From NCBI GenBank assembly GCA_977017575.1, contig CDRNVI010000052.1, forward strand, positions 1 to 64,000: 64,000 nt of DNA, in the 5' to 3' direction. The notes below the pieces were generated by a model. It was given only the letters and a program-made list of their open reading frames with translations. It had not been told where the DNA came from and ran no database searches. The stretch's first letter is position 1, and each line of letters opens with the position of its first letter. Below, piece after piece: positions 38,679 through 48,189 of this stretch. The position numbers were made by a program, and so were the translations under genes. Source of the DNA: Paramoeba atlantica. Taxonomy: Eukaryota > Protista > Discosea.

Positions 38679-39821
38679 ATGTTCTCTGTGATAACGTCGT
38701 TTCCTCTTGCGGTGTTGTACATCCCATGCACTTTGGTTCGTGCTAATAACCTTCAGTACTCTACTCCGGGGTTCTCGTGCGCAGATGCAGCGGTCAAACT
38801 TACTACCCAGCAGTGCACAGGATTTTTAACGTCTGATGAATCACACGCACGTGTGGCGACTCGAAAGGTCCATAGCAGCGTTCTCCCAATAGAATATGAC
38901 CTTGCCAGAATGGTATCTAAAGTGAAGAATCTCTCTCCTAGCTGGCGTGTAGAACGATCTGCGAACACGTGGGACGGAATTGTTTGCGACGTAGACGGTA
39001 GTGTAACACGAATTCATTGGAGCGATCGGAATATGGCAGGTGAACTCCTATTTTCCTATCTACCTAGAACTTTGGAAGAGTTGAGAATGAACACTAATAC
39101 TCTCATTGGTCGCTGTGATATTCCCCATGATTGTCGCGGTCTTACTAGTGTAGATGTCAGTCACAATGAGTTGTCGGAGATCGACATTTCTTTATTACCA
39201 GGCTCTGTAGCATACTTGGAGTTATCTTCTAATCTATTTCACGGCCTGGTTGATTTCGAAGCTTTGCCTGAAATGCTTCGAAATATACATTTAGCGAACA
39301 ACAAATTCGTAGGTCCCGTCTCACTTGTATCTCTTCCAAATAACACCAGGTATATTTATCTTGATTTTAATTCTTTCGAAGGCCCGCTTGACCTGACTTG
39401 TCTCCCGTCAAAATTTAACACTATTTCAGCTTACGACAATCGTCTGAACGGAGAATTAAACATATCACAATTGCCGCGATCAACGCGACAGCTTGCTCTT
39501 GCGAAGAATCAGTTTCAAGGTACCATTGATCTTTCATATTTACCACCCCTGGTGTACTATGTTTCTTTTTTCGGGAATAACCTTACGGTATACATGGACA
39601 CTTCGAAATTTTCAGAAAATTTCAGAGAATTCTGTATCAGCTATCCTCCACGAAGATACGCGAAAGTCACGTCTTTACCGGGCATGAAACTAAAATGGCA
39701 CGGAAATAATAACACTTTTTACGGCCTCCAATCGGCCGACATCAAAAGGACTAAAGCTGCTTCGTTAGATGAACAGGAACTTGAATGGAAGCCAATTGAG
39801 ATAAAAATCGCTACAGAATAA
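38679..39821 (+). CDS. Leucine-rich repeat protein with signal-peptide-like N-terminus and LRR N-cap
   Basis: SW....ANTWDGIVCD...VTRIHW cap, then about 9 repeats LP..L..L.L..N.F.G.(V/I)DL. Confidence 0.85.
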   Translation: MFSVITSFPLAVLYIPCTLVRANNLQYSTPGFSCADAAVKLTTQQCTGFLTSDESHARVATRKVHSSVLPIEYDLARMVSKVKNLSPSWRVERSANTWDGIVCDVDGSVTRIHWSDRNMAGELLFSYLPRTLEELRMNTNTLIGRCDIPHDCRGLTSVDVSHNELSEIDISLLPGSVAYLELSSNLFHGLVDFEALPEMLRNIHLANNKFVGPVSLVSLPNNTRYIYLDFNSFEGPLDLTCLPSKFNTISAYDNRLNGELNISQLPRSTRQLALAKNQFQGTIDLSYLPPLVYYVSFFGNNLTVYMDTSKFSENFREFCISYPPRRYAKVTSLPGMKLKWHGNNNTFYGLQSADIKRTKAASLDEQELEWKPIEIKIATE

Positions 39822-40232
39822 TATTGGATGGGATTGGCAAGGAATACGCAAATACGCACACTTATGAATACTCCTTATTAGATTATATACACAAATGCTA
39901 ATGCAAAGAAGTGGTATAGGAGTGTTTATAAAGAAGTGACATAGGAGGATGTAGAAATATTGTGAAACATACGTACAACGTGGATCAAGCTAAATTTGCA
40001 TCAGTTTCGCCAGGATTTCATACTGATCACTGTAGTATAAATTAGGAATTACATGAATACAATTTCTCCTTTGGAATACATGAGCAATTTTAAACTACTT
40101 CATATCATCGTCAAATAATTAGTCGCATTTTTTCGGTTACAGAATTCCTTTTCCGAGCGTTCGGGTACTCGAGATTTTCTTTTGCTTGAAATTTGGTTTT
40201 TATTTTTGAGTTTGCACACAATTCTCTTATTA

Positions 40233-42158
40233 ATGGAAGTTTCAGAAACATCGCTTCAAGAATTTGTACATAGTTTAGAGTACGAAGAGTCAGTAGACCT
40301 TGCTCAGTTGTTGTACGCTTCGATTAGAAGTTCCGATTTTTTTCACTTGACTTGCCCTGCTTTTCCGTTCGGTGTGGTAGAATACTTCCTAGGGACAATT
40401 CTGCGCAATTTTGATCGAGTAAGTGAGGATAACGCATATCAAAAACGCATCGAGGTCTTCAAGCTGCTTATCTTTCACCCTTGGTTTTGCATTGGTCATT
40501 GGAAAATCGGGCCCTCTATTGATTTATGTAATAATTTGGGTCACATCCATCTCTATCACGCTCTTCTTCATTGGAGAGGATTAATGGAATACAGCATCCA
40601 TTGTTGCACGAACAAGAGATGTCCTCATCGCTCTTCCGTTGTAGGTCAAGCTTCCGTATCAGTCCGAGAGGACACATTACCTTTGTGGACTACCCTCGCC
40701 TTCCCACTTTATCCAATTTCTCATAGACTAGCCGTGCGGGTTTTGTTTTATGCCACTATAAACGAAATTCTGTCTGATCGTGCAGCTTATGAGATAGCGA
40801 CATTTATGTCACCCTTGATTCTTCCCAACTCCTTTGTGTTTGAATCTTTGTCGAAGTCTTCACCAGAAATTTCTAGAACCAATCGGGAATATGGCACCTC
40901 TCCCCTACTCCCGAAGGGTTCTGTCCTTCCAACACCAATCGCAGAAGGAAGATCTGCTCAAACAAACCCACTTCTACACCAAAACTTGCTTGAGGAAAAA
41001 GTTGAGGGAATTGATATCTCTCAATCCTATGGTACACCTCTTCCAATACGACATATGGAGGGCAGCAGACGGAGTCTTCTTCCCTCGGGTGTAACAACGG
41101 TAAACAATTCTTCGGAATCAACGGAGATGCACTCCTTTGACAGGTCTAATATGGAAATCTCTGAAGAACCCCTCAAATCTCATGCGACACGTTCGTTTCA
41201 CTTGGATCACCCGTCTCTGGTGGAGTACGGAATAGAAAGCTTAGGTGACAATACGTCGAGTATTGAGGTTCGCTGCCGAAAAACGAATACACTTGTAGAC
41301 AAAGGAAAGCTTCTGGGGGTGAAGAACAAAAAACTCTATTGGGTACCAAATACGCTCCAGCACTTGAATAGTCACGCCGAACTTGGAACTCCACAATTCG
41401 TCCGAAGTAAACTTGTTATTCAACATATCACAGATGAAGATTGTCGCCAATCAAGGAATTTTAATAATAGTACAGAGCGCGTTCTTTCTGGAGCTACTCC
41501 CTATACGCAATCAGATATATCTGGAGGAGCAATGCAGTTCAAAAGTGTTGAAGACGTTAACGAGACAGTGTCGGAACTCATCACTCCTAATGACAGCTCA
41601 GTAGGGCATTCCCCTTTATCTGCTTATGAATCCAATTCGTACCTTGAAGTCACCCAGTTCACTGATTATTCACAAAGTGTCGATCGTAATTTTACTCCCT
41701 TGCCGAATGAAAGAGTAAAAACGGACAGGAAGACATCGCCATGGGAAAGACTTCACGAAGGTCGTGCGGAGACCCTTTCTTCATTTCTTTCTCACCGTAT
41801 GGTAAAAGGGAAAGAGTTGCGGTCCCTTTCGGAGGCTCTCGAAGAAGTGGCTGAATACAACGCTCCACTCAGTTTTCGTTGTAGGCTGGCGGCTGACGGC
41901 TTAGAGTCTCGATTGTTGGATGTGTCCGGAAAGGCAACTATGCCATACGGACTGTACTTTGGCCAACGTATCTGTCGCCCGTGGGGTTCGGCCACCGAAG
42001 CAGGGACAATACTCGGATTAGGGGAAGACAAGGCTCTTTGGTGGCTACCAGATTACAGTATCGGTATGGCTCGGCTTGCTCTTTCTCCGGAGCAAATTTC
42101 TCTATTAGTTAAGCCAAAAATTATCGGAGCCGCGATTCCTCGTGAATACGAAGAGTGA
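40233..42158 (+). CDS. Hypothetical protein
   Basis: 641-codon ATG ORF; Ser-rich middle; C-terminal LDVS...PYGLYFGQRI...GTILG...LWW segment may be a small conserved domain. Confidence 0.65.
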   Translation: MEVSETSLQEFVHSLEYEESVDLAQLLYASIRSSDFFHLTCPAFPFGVVEYFLGTILRNFDRVSEDNAYQKRIEVFKLLIFHPWFCIGHWKIGPSIDLCNNLGHIHLYHALLHWRGLMEYSIHCCTNKRCPHRSSVVGQASVSVREDTLPLWTTLAFPLYPISHRLAVRVLFYATINEILSDRAAYEIATFMSPLILPNSFVFESLSKSSPEISRTNREYGTSPLLPKGSVLPTPIAEGRSAQTNPLLHQNLLEEKVEGIDISQSYGTPLPIRHMEGSRRSLLPSGVTTVNNSSESTEMHSFDRSNMEISEEPLKSHATRSFHLDHPSLVEYGIESLGDNTSSIEVRCRKTNTLVDKGKLLGVKNKKLYWVPNTLQHLNSHAELGTPQFVRSKLVIQHITDEDCRQSRNFNNSTERVLSGATPYTQSDISGGAMQFKSVEDVNETVSELITPNDSSVGHSPLSAYESNSYLEVTQFTDYSQSVDRNFTPLPNERVKTDRKTSPWERLHEGRAETLSSFLSHRMVKGKELRSLSEALEEVAEYNAPLSFRCRLAADGLESRLLDVSGKATMPYGLYFGQRICRPWGSATEAGTILGLGEDKALWWLPDYSIGMARLALSPEQISLLVKPKIIGAAIPREYEE

Positions 42159-42316
42159 TGCAAAGTATCATTGTGCACACATAACCAATCACAATTCCAT
42201 TTTTCGTCTGTATTCCTTTACTACTTTTCCGTTCACAAAAAAAAATGCAACAAAAACTTTTTACAAGCATAAAAAGATTTTTTTCTTCATGTAAAGCACT
42301 ATTCTCTCTCGTGTAC

Positions 42317-43633
42317 ATGCTACTCCGCATCTCCTCCTTCCGTACCCCCCTACGTATCGGTCATCCCTTTCACACCCAACCCACACCACCCAACAAACCA
42401 CATCCCCCAAAGCCCGCCCCATTCCATCCCAAACGACAGCAACAACAACAACCCCCTAACACCACAACCACCACAACAACAACAACTCCTCCCCCTCCCC
42501 CCGAACCCCCACTGGCCTTCCTCACCCAACTCCAACACGGTGTCGAGGAACACACTGAACCCTACCCTTCCCTCTCGCTCCACAATTTCCTCTTCCCCAA
42601 AACCCTTTTCTCTACTTCTACAAGTACATCTCCTAGGTCCACAAGCACATCTACGAGCACATCTCCTAGGTCCACAAGTACATCTACAAGCACATCTCCT
42701 AGGTCCACAAGCACATCCACAAGTACATCTACAAGCACATCTACAAGCACATCTACAAGCACACCTACAAGCAGCACATTTACAAGTACGTCTCCTAGAT
42801 CCACAAGTACATCCACAAGTGCACCTCCAAGTGCATCCACAAGCACATCTACCCGTACATCCACGAGCCCCCCCACAAGCCCCCCTCCCCCTCCACCCCC
42901 TAGATCCACACCCCCCTCCCCCCCTCCCCCCGACTTCCCCGTGATGCTCCCCCCACGCTGGTGCACCGCCCTCACCCACGCCGTGCACACCACCTTCCCC
43001 GGGCTCACCTTCACCCACAACCGCACCCTCCTGCAGGCCTTCATCCACCCCTCCTACTGCGGGCTGTCCGCAGCCCACACCGCCGCGGGTCTCGCCCCCG
43101 TGGGACGGGACCTGCTGCGGCTGCTGTACACCGCCTGGGTGGTACGGGCCAACCCGCACGGGGGTCTCGGGGAGGGGAGGGGGGGGGAGGGGGGACCCGA
43201 GCAGGTGGTGCGGGACCTGATGGGGACCGCGGTGCTGTGTGAGACCTGTGTGCGGGGGTGGGGGGGGTTGGGGGGGTGGGTGTTAAGTAATGAGGGGTTG
43301 TTTCGGCTGCCGAGGGCGTTTGAGCCGGGGAGTTGGAAGAAAGGGGAGGGGGGGGTGGGGGGGTGGAGACGGGGGAGGGAGGGGACGGTGTGGCATTATG
43401 TGAGGAGGAGGAGGAGGAGGGGGGGTGGGGGTGGGGGGTTGGAGAAGGGGGTGGAGGGGAGGGGGGAGAGTGGGGAAGAGGAGGAAGAGGATCCGGTACC
43501 TGTGGAGGAAACGTTGGTCCTGGCCTTTCTGGGTGGGTTGTATTACGATCAAGGTCTCCCAGCTGTTGTTGATTTTGTGCAAAAGTACATGCAAAAGCAC
43601 GCGCTTGCGTTCTTGTTAGAGAGGGACGCATAG
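42317..43633 (+). CDS. RNase III-like domain protein lacking the catalytic signature (possible mitoribosomal mL44/mL57-type)
   Basis: FTHNRTLLQAFIHPSY and LAFLGGLYYDQGLPAVVDFV flank an RNase III fold; NERLEFLGD is replaced by AAGLAPVGRD; presequence-like start MLLRISSFR. Confidence 0.6.
   Translation: MLLRISSFRTPLRIGHPFHTQPTPPNKPHPPKPAPFHPKRQQQQQPPNTTTTTTTTTPPPPPEPPLAFLTQLQHGVEEHTEPYPSLSLHNFLFPKTLFSTSTSTSPRSTSTSTSTSPRSTSTSTSTSPRSTSTSTSTSTSTSTSTSTSTPTSSTFTSTSPRSTSTSTSAPPSASTSTSTRTSTSPPTSPPPPPPPRSTPPSPPPPDFPVMLPPRWCTALTHAVHTTFPGLTFTHNRTLLQAFIHPSYCGLSAAHTAAGLAPVGRDLLRLLYTAWVVRANPHGGLGEGRGGEGGPEQVVRDLMGTAVLCETCVRGWGGLGGWVLSNEGLFRLPRAFEPGSWKKGEGGVGGWRRGREGTVWHYVRRRRRRGGGGGGLEKGVEGRGESGEEEEEDPVPVEETLVLAFLGGLYYDQGLPAVVDFVQKYMQKHALAFLLERDA
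42610..42870 (+). repeat. 12-bp-based coding minisatellite encoding (TS)n with SPR variants
   Basis: ACATCTACAAGC units interleaved with ACATCTCCTAGGTCCACAAG. Confidence 0.9.
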
Positions 43634-43982
43634 GCGAAGCTCATCAAGTGAGTGGATATCTTTGGTATGATTGGTCCGAAAGCGACGAAGAGATGGTTGG
43701 ACTTCGACACGAATACGACACGTAGAGTGAGCCGCTTTTGTGATTTACTGGCGTCAGTCGTATCAGGGCAGAGGTTTTTCCTCCAAAGCACTCGTGTACA
43801 TAGCAATGTTTAGCGTGGGCATGTGCCTGCATTTTCTCGATGTCAGCTTTCTTGTACGTCTGCATGCACTATGCACTGGATGGAATCTCAAACGATGCAT
43901 TCATTCGCCAATATGCTCCTCTATCGAAGTAGAAGGTGTTCTTTTCTTTTCTCACAAGGTGTAGATTTATCATGAATAAAAA

Positions 43983-46319
43983 ATGTACCCCGACGTACAC
44001 AATTTTTTCTTTGTCCATCAACTCTCTTTTTACAGAAAATCATTCATGCAACAACCGGGTGCTCAACTGTCGTCCAGTCCCGGGCACCCCTATCTCTCCC
44101 GTGTTCGCTATTCCTTCCTCGTTTACCTCCTGTGGTTTCTCTTCCAACGGCGCCAGTTACGGTCCTATGCCGCGGCCCACCTCGGTAGCATGGGTCTCTC
44201 CGCCGACAAGCTCTTCACCCCCAACTTTCTCCCCTCCCTCCGTCGCATCGCCTCCATTGCCCTCCCCACCTGGCGCAGCCGCGAGGGTTTCAGCACCGCA
44301 ACCTTCATCGCTCTCTTCTTCCTCAAAGCCTACCTCGTCGTCCAACGCAGTGTCATGGACGGGGCCGTCCTGGAAGCCTTCCTGGCCGGCACCCACCGTC
44401 TCGTCGCCGTACTCAACTACGTCGGGTTCAGTCTCCTCGGGGCCGTCGTGAACGGGGCCATCCAGCACGTCCGCTACACCCTGATCGCGGCCTACCGTCT
44501 TCGCCTCACCACACACTTCCACGCGCGTTACCTCAACCACTCCATCTTCTACTACGGCACCGTCCTGGACGACCGCATCCGTTCCCCCGATGTGGTCCTT
44601 ACGAAATACTGCCATGAGTTTGCCGAGCACTTTGCCGAGCTCCCGTATTATTTTCTCATGCCGCTGTTAGAGGCCACCTCCTCGTTGTACATTGTGGGGC
44701 GGGAGCTCGGGGTGGGCACCGCGGCAGCGATTACCGCAATGGTGCTGGTCTCGCTACGCACGCTGCGGGTGCTTACCCCACCGTTTGGGAAGATTCACTC
44801 CGGACTGCTGCATGCCGAGGAGACGTTTAGACGGCACCACACGGAGCTGGCTGTGAATACGGAGCAGATTGCGTTGCAGCATGGTGGGGGGTTTCTTCGT
44901 CGGCGGCTGGACCAGGCTTGTGGGAAGGTGTGCGGGATGATGCGGCATATGGCACTCGCCCGGGGGTATTTTGTCGGGGTCGAGATGGCTATGATTACGT
45001 TGTGGAATACCGTGGGGTTTCTGGCGTGTGGGCTAACGTGGGGAGGAGAAGGGAAGATTACCCAACAGGATTCGGCGAATGCGTTGCGTACGTTTGTGGT
45101 GCATCGACATTTGATACGTAATTTTCACTCCGCGGTGAAGAAGTTGGCACTGAATTTGAAGGAGATTTCGCATTTAACGGAGTTCACCAATAAACTTGCG
45201 GAGTTTGACACCGTGTTGTCGAGTCTCGCTCGTGGGGAATTTCACAAGCATGTCACGACGCCGGTACAACAGGAATCGGAAGAGACCGGTGGGGACTTGC
45301 CGTACAATTGGTCGCAATCCCTGCCTGATCTCACTTCCCCATCGGAGATCACGGAGCCGAAAATCGGGCAATCCACCTTTGAGACGGACATGGAGCCCGA
45401 CGAACTTATTTGCGCTTATGACATTGATGTTGTCACTCCGGCCCGAAACATTCTCGTACATGACCTTACGTTACACATCCGTAGAGGAGAGAACTGGGTT
45501 ATTACCGGGCCGAACGGGGCAGGAAAGAGCTCCTTGGTACGCATGCTTGCTGGTCTATGGTTCCCCGCGAAAGGGGCGATTCGCGTGCACCCCTTGGTCG
45601 ACTTTTTTGTTCTCCCCCAGCAAGCTCTTATGGTCGCCGGATGCACACTTTTGGACCAAGTTATCTTTCCAGATTATATTGTGCCCCAAGGGGAGGAGCA
45701 TAGCTCGACGGAGCCGTGCGCGGTGGTGCATCCACCTGGAGCATTTGAGCTCGCAAGCCCTTCCCTCTCCCCCTCCGCTTCGGATCCCACCACATATAGC
45801 CCCGCAAGTTCCCCCATCGTACTCCGGGAGGATACAATGGAGAGTCGTGGGGCCCGAGGCGTGCGTCTGGACGAGGATCTCGTCTCCCGTGTGAAGCAGG
45901 CACTGGAAATTTCCACCGGAATGTCGATTGTTCCAGAGGTGTTCGGAAACTGGACTCATCCAAGTGCGGGTCTCGCTGCCTCACCGGACCTCAACTTCGA
46001 GTGGTCATCCCTGAGTGGAGGACAGCAACAAAAAGTGGCCCTCGCTCGTATGTTTTATCACGGCAGGAGGTCTGTGGACCATGGTCGAATTCCTGTGGTG
46101 GTGATGGATGAGTCCACCTCTCAAATGGATTTCGATGCCGAAGAGAAGCTATTCAAAAACCTTGCGACCTCAAATATACAACTTATTTCCTTAACACACC
46201 GTCCGGAGGTAATGAAATATCATGAGCGTGTGCTAATTTTGGATCGTGAATCTCACGGATGGAAAGTACGACACATGTCCGCAGACAATCGATCCATTTC
46301 ACCTGCGCGAGCTAAATAA
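43983..46319 (+). CDS. ABCD-family (peroxisomal/glycosomal, GAT-type) half transporter
   Basis: YLNHSIFYY...RIRSPDVVLT, EAA-like EETFRRHH.EL..N.EQIA, Walker A GPNGAGKSS, signature LSGGQQQK, Walker B VVMDESTS. Confidence 0.92.
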   Translation: MYPDVHNFFFVHQLSFYRKSFMQQPGAQLSSSPGHPYLSRVRYSFLVYLLWFLFQRRQLRSYAAAHLGSMGLSADKLFTPNFLPSLRRIASIALPTWRSREGFSTATFIALFFLKAYLVVQRSVMDGAVLEAFLAGTHRLVAVLNYVGFSLLGAVVNGAIQHVRYTLIAAYRLRLTTHFHARYLNHSIFYYGTVLDDRIRSPDVVLTKYCHEFAEHFAELPYYFLMPLLEATSSLYIVGRELGVGTAAAITAMVLVSLRTLRVLTPPFGKIHSGLLHAEETFRRHHTELAVNTEQIALQHGGGFLRRRLDQACGKVCGMMRHMALARGYFVGVEMAMITLWNTVGFLACGLTWGGEGKITQQDSANALRTFVVHRHLIRNFHSAVKKLALNLKEISHLTEFTNKLAEFDTVLSSLARGEFHKHVTTPVQQESEETGGDLPYNWSQSLPDLTSPSEITEPKIGQSTFETDMEPDELICAYDIDVVTPARNILVHDLTLHIRRGENWVITGPNGAGKSSLVRMLAGLWFPAKGAIRVHPLVDFFVLPQQALMVAGCTLLDQVIFPDYIVPQGEEHSSTEPCAVVHPPGAFELASPSLSPSASDPTTYSPASSPIVLREDTMESRGARGVRLDEDLVSRVKQALEISTGMSIVPEVFGNWTHPSAGLAASPDLNFEWSSLSGGQQQKVALARMFYHGRRSVDHGRIPVVVMDESTSQMDFDAEEKLFKNLATSNIQLISLTHRPEVMKYHERVLILDRESHGWKVRHMSADNRSISPARAK

Positions 46320-46619
46320 ATAGTTTGTGTCATTCATACAAATTCGCTTTTTATCAATTTGACTGCACGTAGGCAGGTGTAAATTTCTTATGTTAATTGT
46401 TAACAAACCTAATAATAATTGGGCGTGTCAAGTTCTTGCTTGCAGATATCTGTTTTTAAAATCAGTTTTCAACTAATACAGTGTTCTATAGAATTTGAAC
46501 GTACTTCTCGTTGAAGCGTCTGTACTAATTTTTTTATTAAAATATCATTGAAAATACAATTAAAGAAAAATAGGACCTGAAAATAGCACGTGCGCAAATT
46601 GTTAATGTGTTACATGTAG

Positions 46620-47753
46620 ATGAAAACTGGAGTTAATTTCAATTCTTCGAGCGGAGCCTCTCGCTCTTCTGGGCGTATTACTCCGCTTTCAAGGTCTGTG
46701 GGGCCAACGAATCTTTCTTCTTCGAGAAAGGAATTTCCCTATATTTGCAGAAGATCACCAAATACTGAACACACCAATTTACTGAGTTCGAACAATAAGA
46801 TTTCCAATTTTGAGACTAAAGGTGAGATGAGATCTGTAAGATCAGCTGATACGTTGATTGCCACTCAAGCTACTAGAGTTAGAGTGCAAGAAAATAGACT
46901 TTCTTCGGATAACGTCATTCGTGTCCGCGTTGGTTTAGGAGCAGAATCGATTCATAAGAGTCCTAGAGTTTCCCTCAAGCGGTCGAGTAGCAGCTCTTTT
47001 GGAACTCCATATCTTCAAAGCCCAGTCTATTCATCAACGCCAAAGAGTACACTCTCGTCCCCGAACAGTGATTACGGCAATCCACCTTCTCCATGGATTC
47101 GAGAAGGTCTTCCTGCGCATCGTACCAAGATGCGAATGTCACTTCTTTCTGCATTGCAGAAATCGCGATCATGCGATTCTTTAAACACGCCAGAGGGGAC
47201 GAATACTGATCGCATTCAAACCCCCATATTGCGTGGGAATATGGACGAGTCTCCGAATTCCGAAACTCTAAGCACTGATTCTCTCCGTACTCCAATAAAT
47301 CGTTTGTCGCAGCTCACAACGGCCAGCACTCCTCCAAATTCACACCTTCATGTTGTAGTGGCTCAAATAGAAATGGCATTGCAGTCGCTTCCTTCAGGCA
47401 GAGTTCTATCCCAATTTCGAACCCTTCATTTTAATCTAAACGATGACAAAAACGAAGACTTGCGCACGGCTGTGCTGGATAGAACACTTGATTCAGAAAA
47501 ACTGGTACGCATGACAAGTGCTGAGCTAGCCAACCCCGATCTCCGCGTGGCTCGCAAGGCGAACGTCGAGGCGCACTTAGATCGTATTAATACAAAAAAT
47601 CACAAGGTGGGGACTAGAACAACTTTTTTTACATGCAGCAAGTGCCACGGTAATGATACAACGTTTTACGAAATGCAAACTGCTAGCGCAGATGAGCCAA
47701 GCACTAAGTTCGTGACGTGCCTAAATTGCGGAAAGTCGTGGAAGTTTCGTTAG
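46620..47753 (+). CDS. TFIIS: Transcription elongation factor TFIIS-like (domains II-III)
   Basis: FRTLHFNLND.KNEDLR...LVRMTSAELAN and zinc ribbon FTCSKC...FYEMQTASADEPSTKFVTCLNCGKSWKF. Confidence 0.9.
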   Translation: MKTGVNFNSSSGASRSSGRITPLSRSVGPTNLSSSRKEFPYICRRSPNTEHTNLLSSNNKISNFETKGEMRSVRSADTLIATQATRVRVQENRLSSDNVIRVRVGLGAESIHKSPRVSLKRSSSSSFGTPYLQSPVYSSTPKSTLSSPNSDYGNPPSPWIREGLPAHRTKMRMSLLSALQKSRSCDSLNTPEGTNTDRIQTPILRGNMDESPNSETLSTDSLRTPINRLSQLTTASTPPNSHLHVVVAQIEMALQSLPSGRVLSQFRTLHFNLNDDKNEDLRTAVLDRTLDSEKLVRMTSAELANPDLRVARKANVEAHLDRINTKNHKVGTRTTFFTCSKCHGNDTTFYEMQTASADEPSTKFVTCLNCGKSWKFR

Positions 47754-48189
47754 GGTTCCGTTAAGCACTATTGAGAATCTAAAAAAATGATCTCTTGAAC
47801 TTCCTTTAGAGAGTAACATCTTGATCTTCCGCGCGAACACTCGTGTTTGGGCATATTTCATAGAACGTCAAGATGTGTATATGATTTGAAATGCGTGAAA
47901 CATACCTGATACTTTGTACATGATATTTTTCCTTACGAATTTGAATGGGAGAACTAAATGACCTCTGTAGTACTCTTGTGTCCCAATATTTCTTAAGTAA
48001 TACAGTAAGATTCGCATAGTAAGATAAGTCGGAAACTGTAAGAAACTTCTGTGGATGAAAACTTAAAATTTAGCAGGAATTTTATTTATTTTGAAGCAAA
48101 TAGTTTTAAATCGGAGCATAATATATTTTGAAAGGAAAAGAGGTTGATATGCTCACAGCACTTCAGACAGCGCAATTTAAATAAATCGA

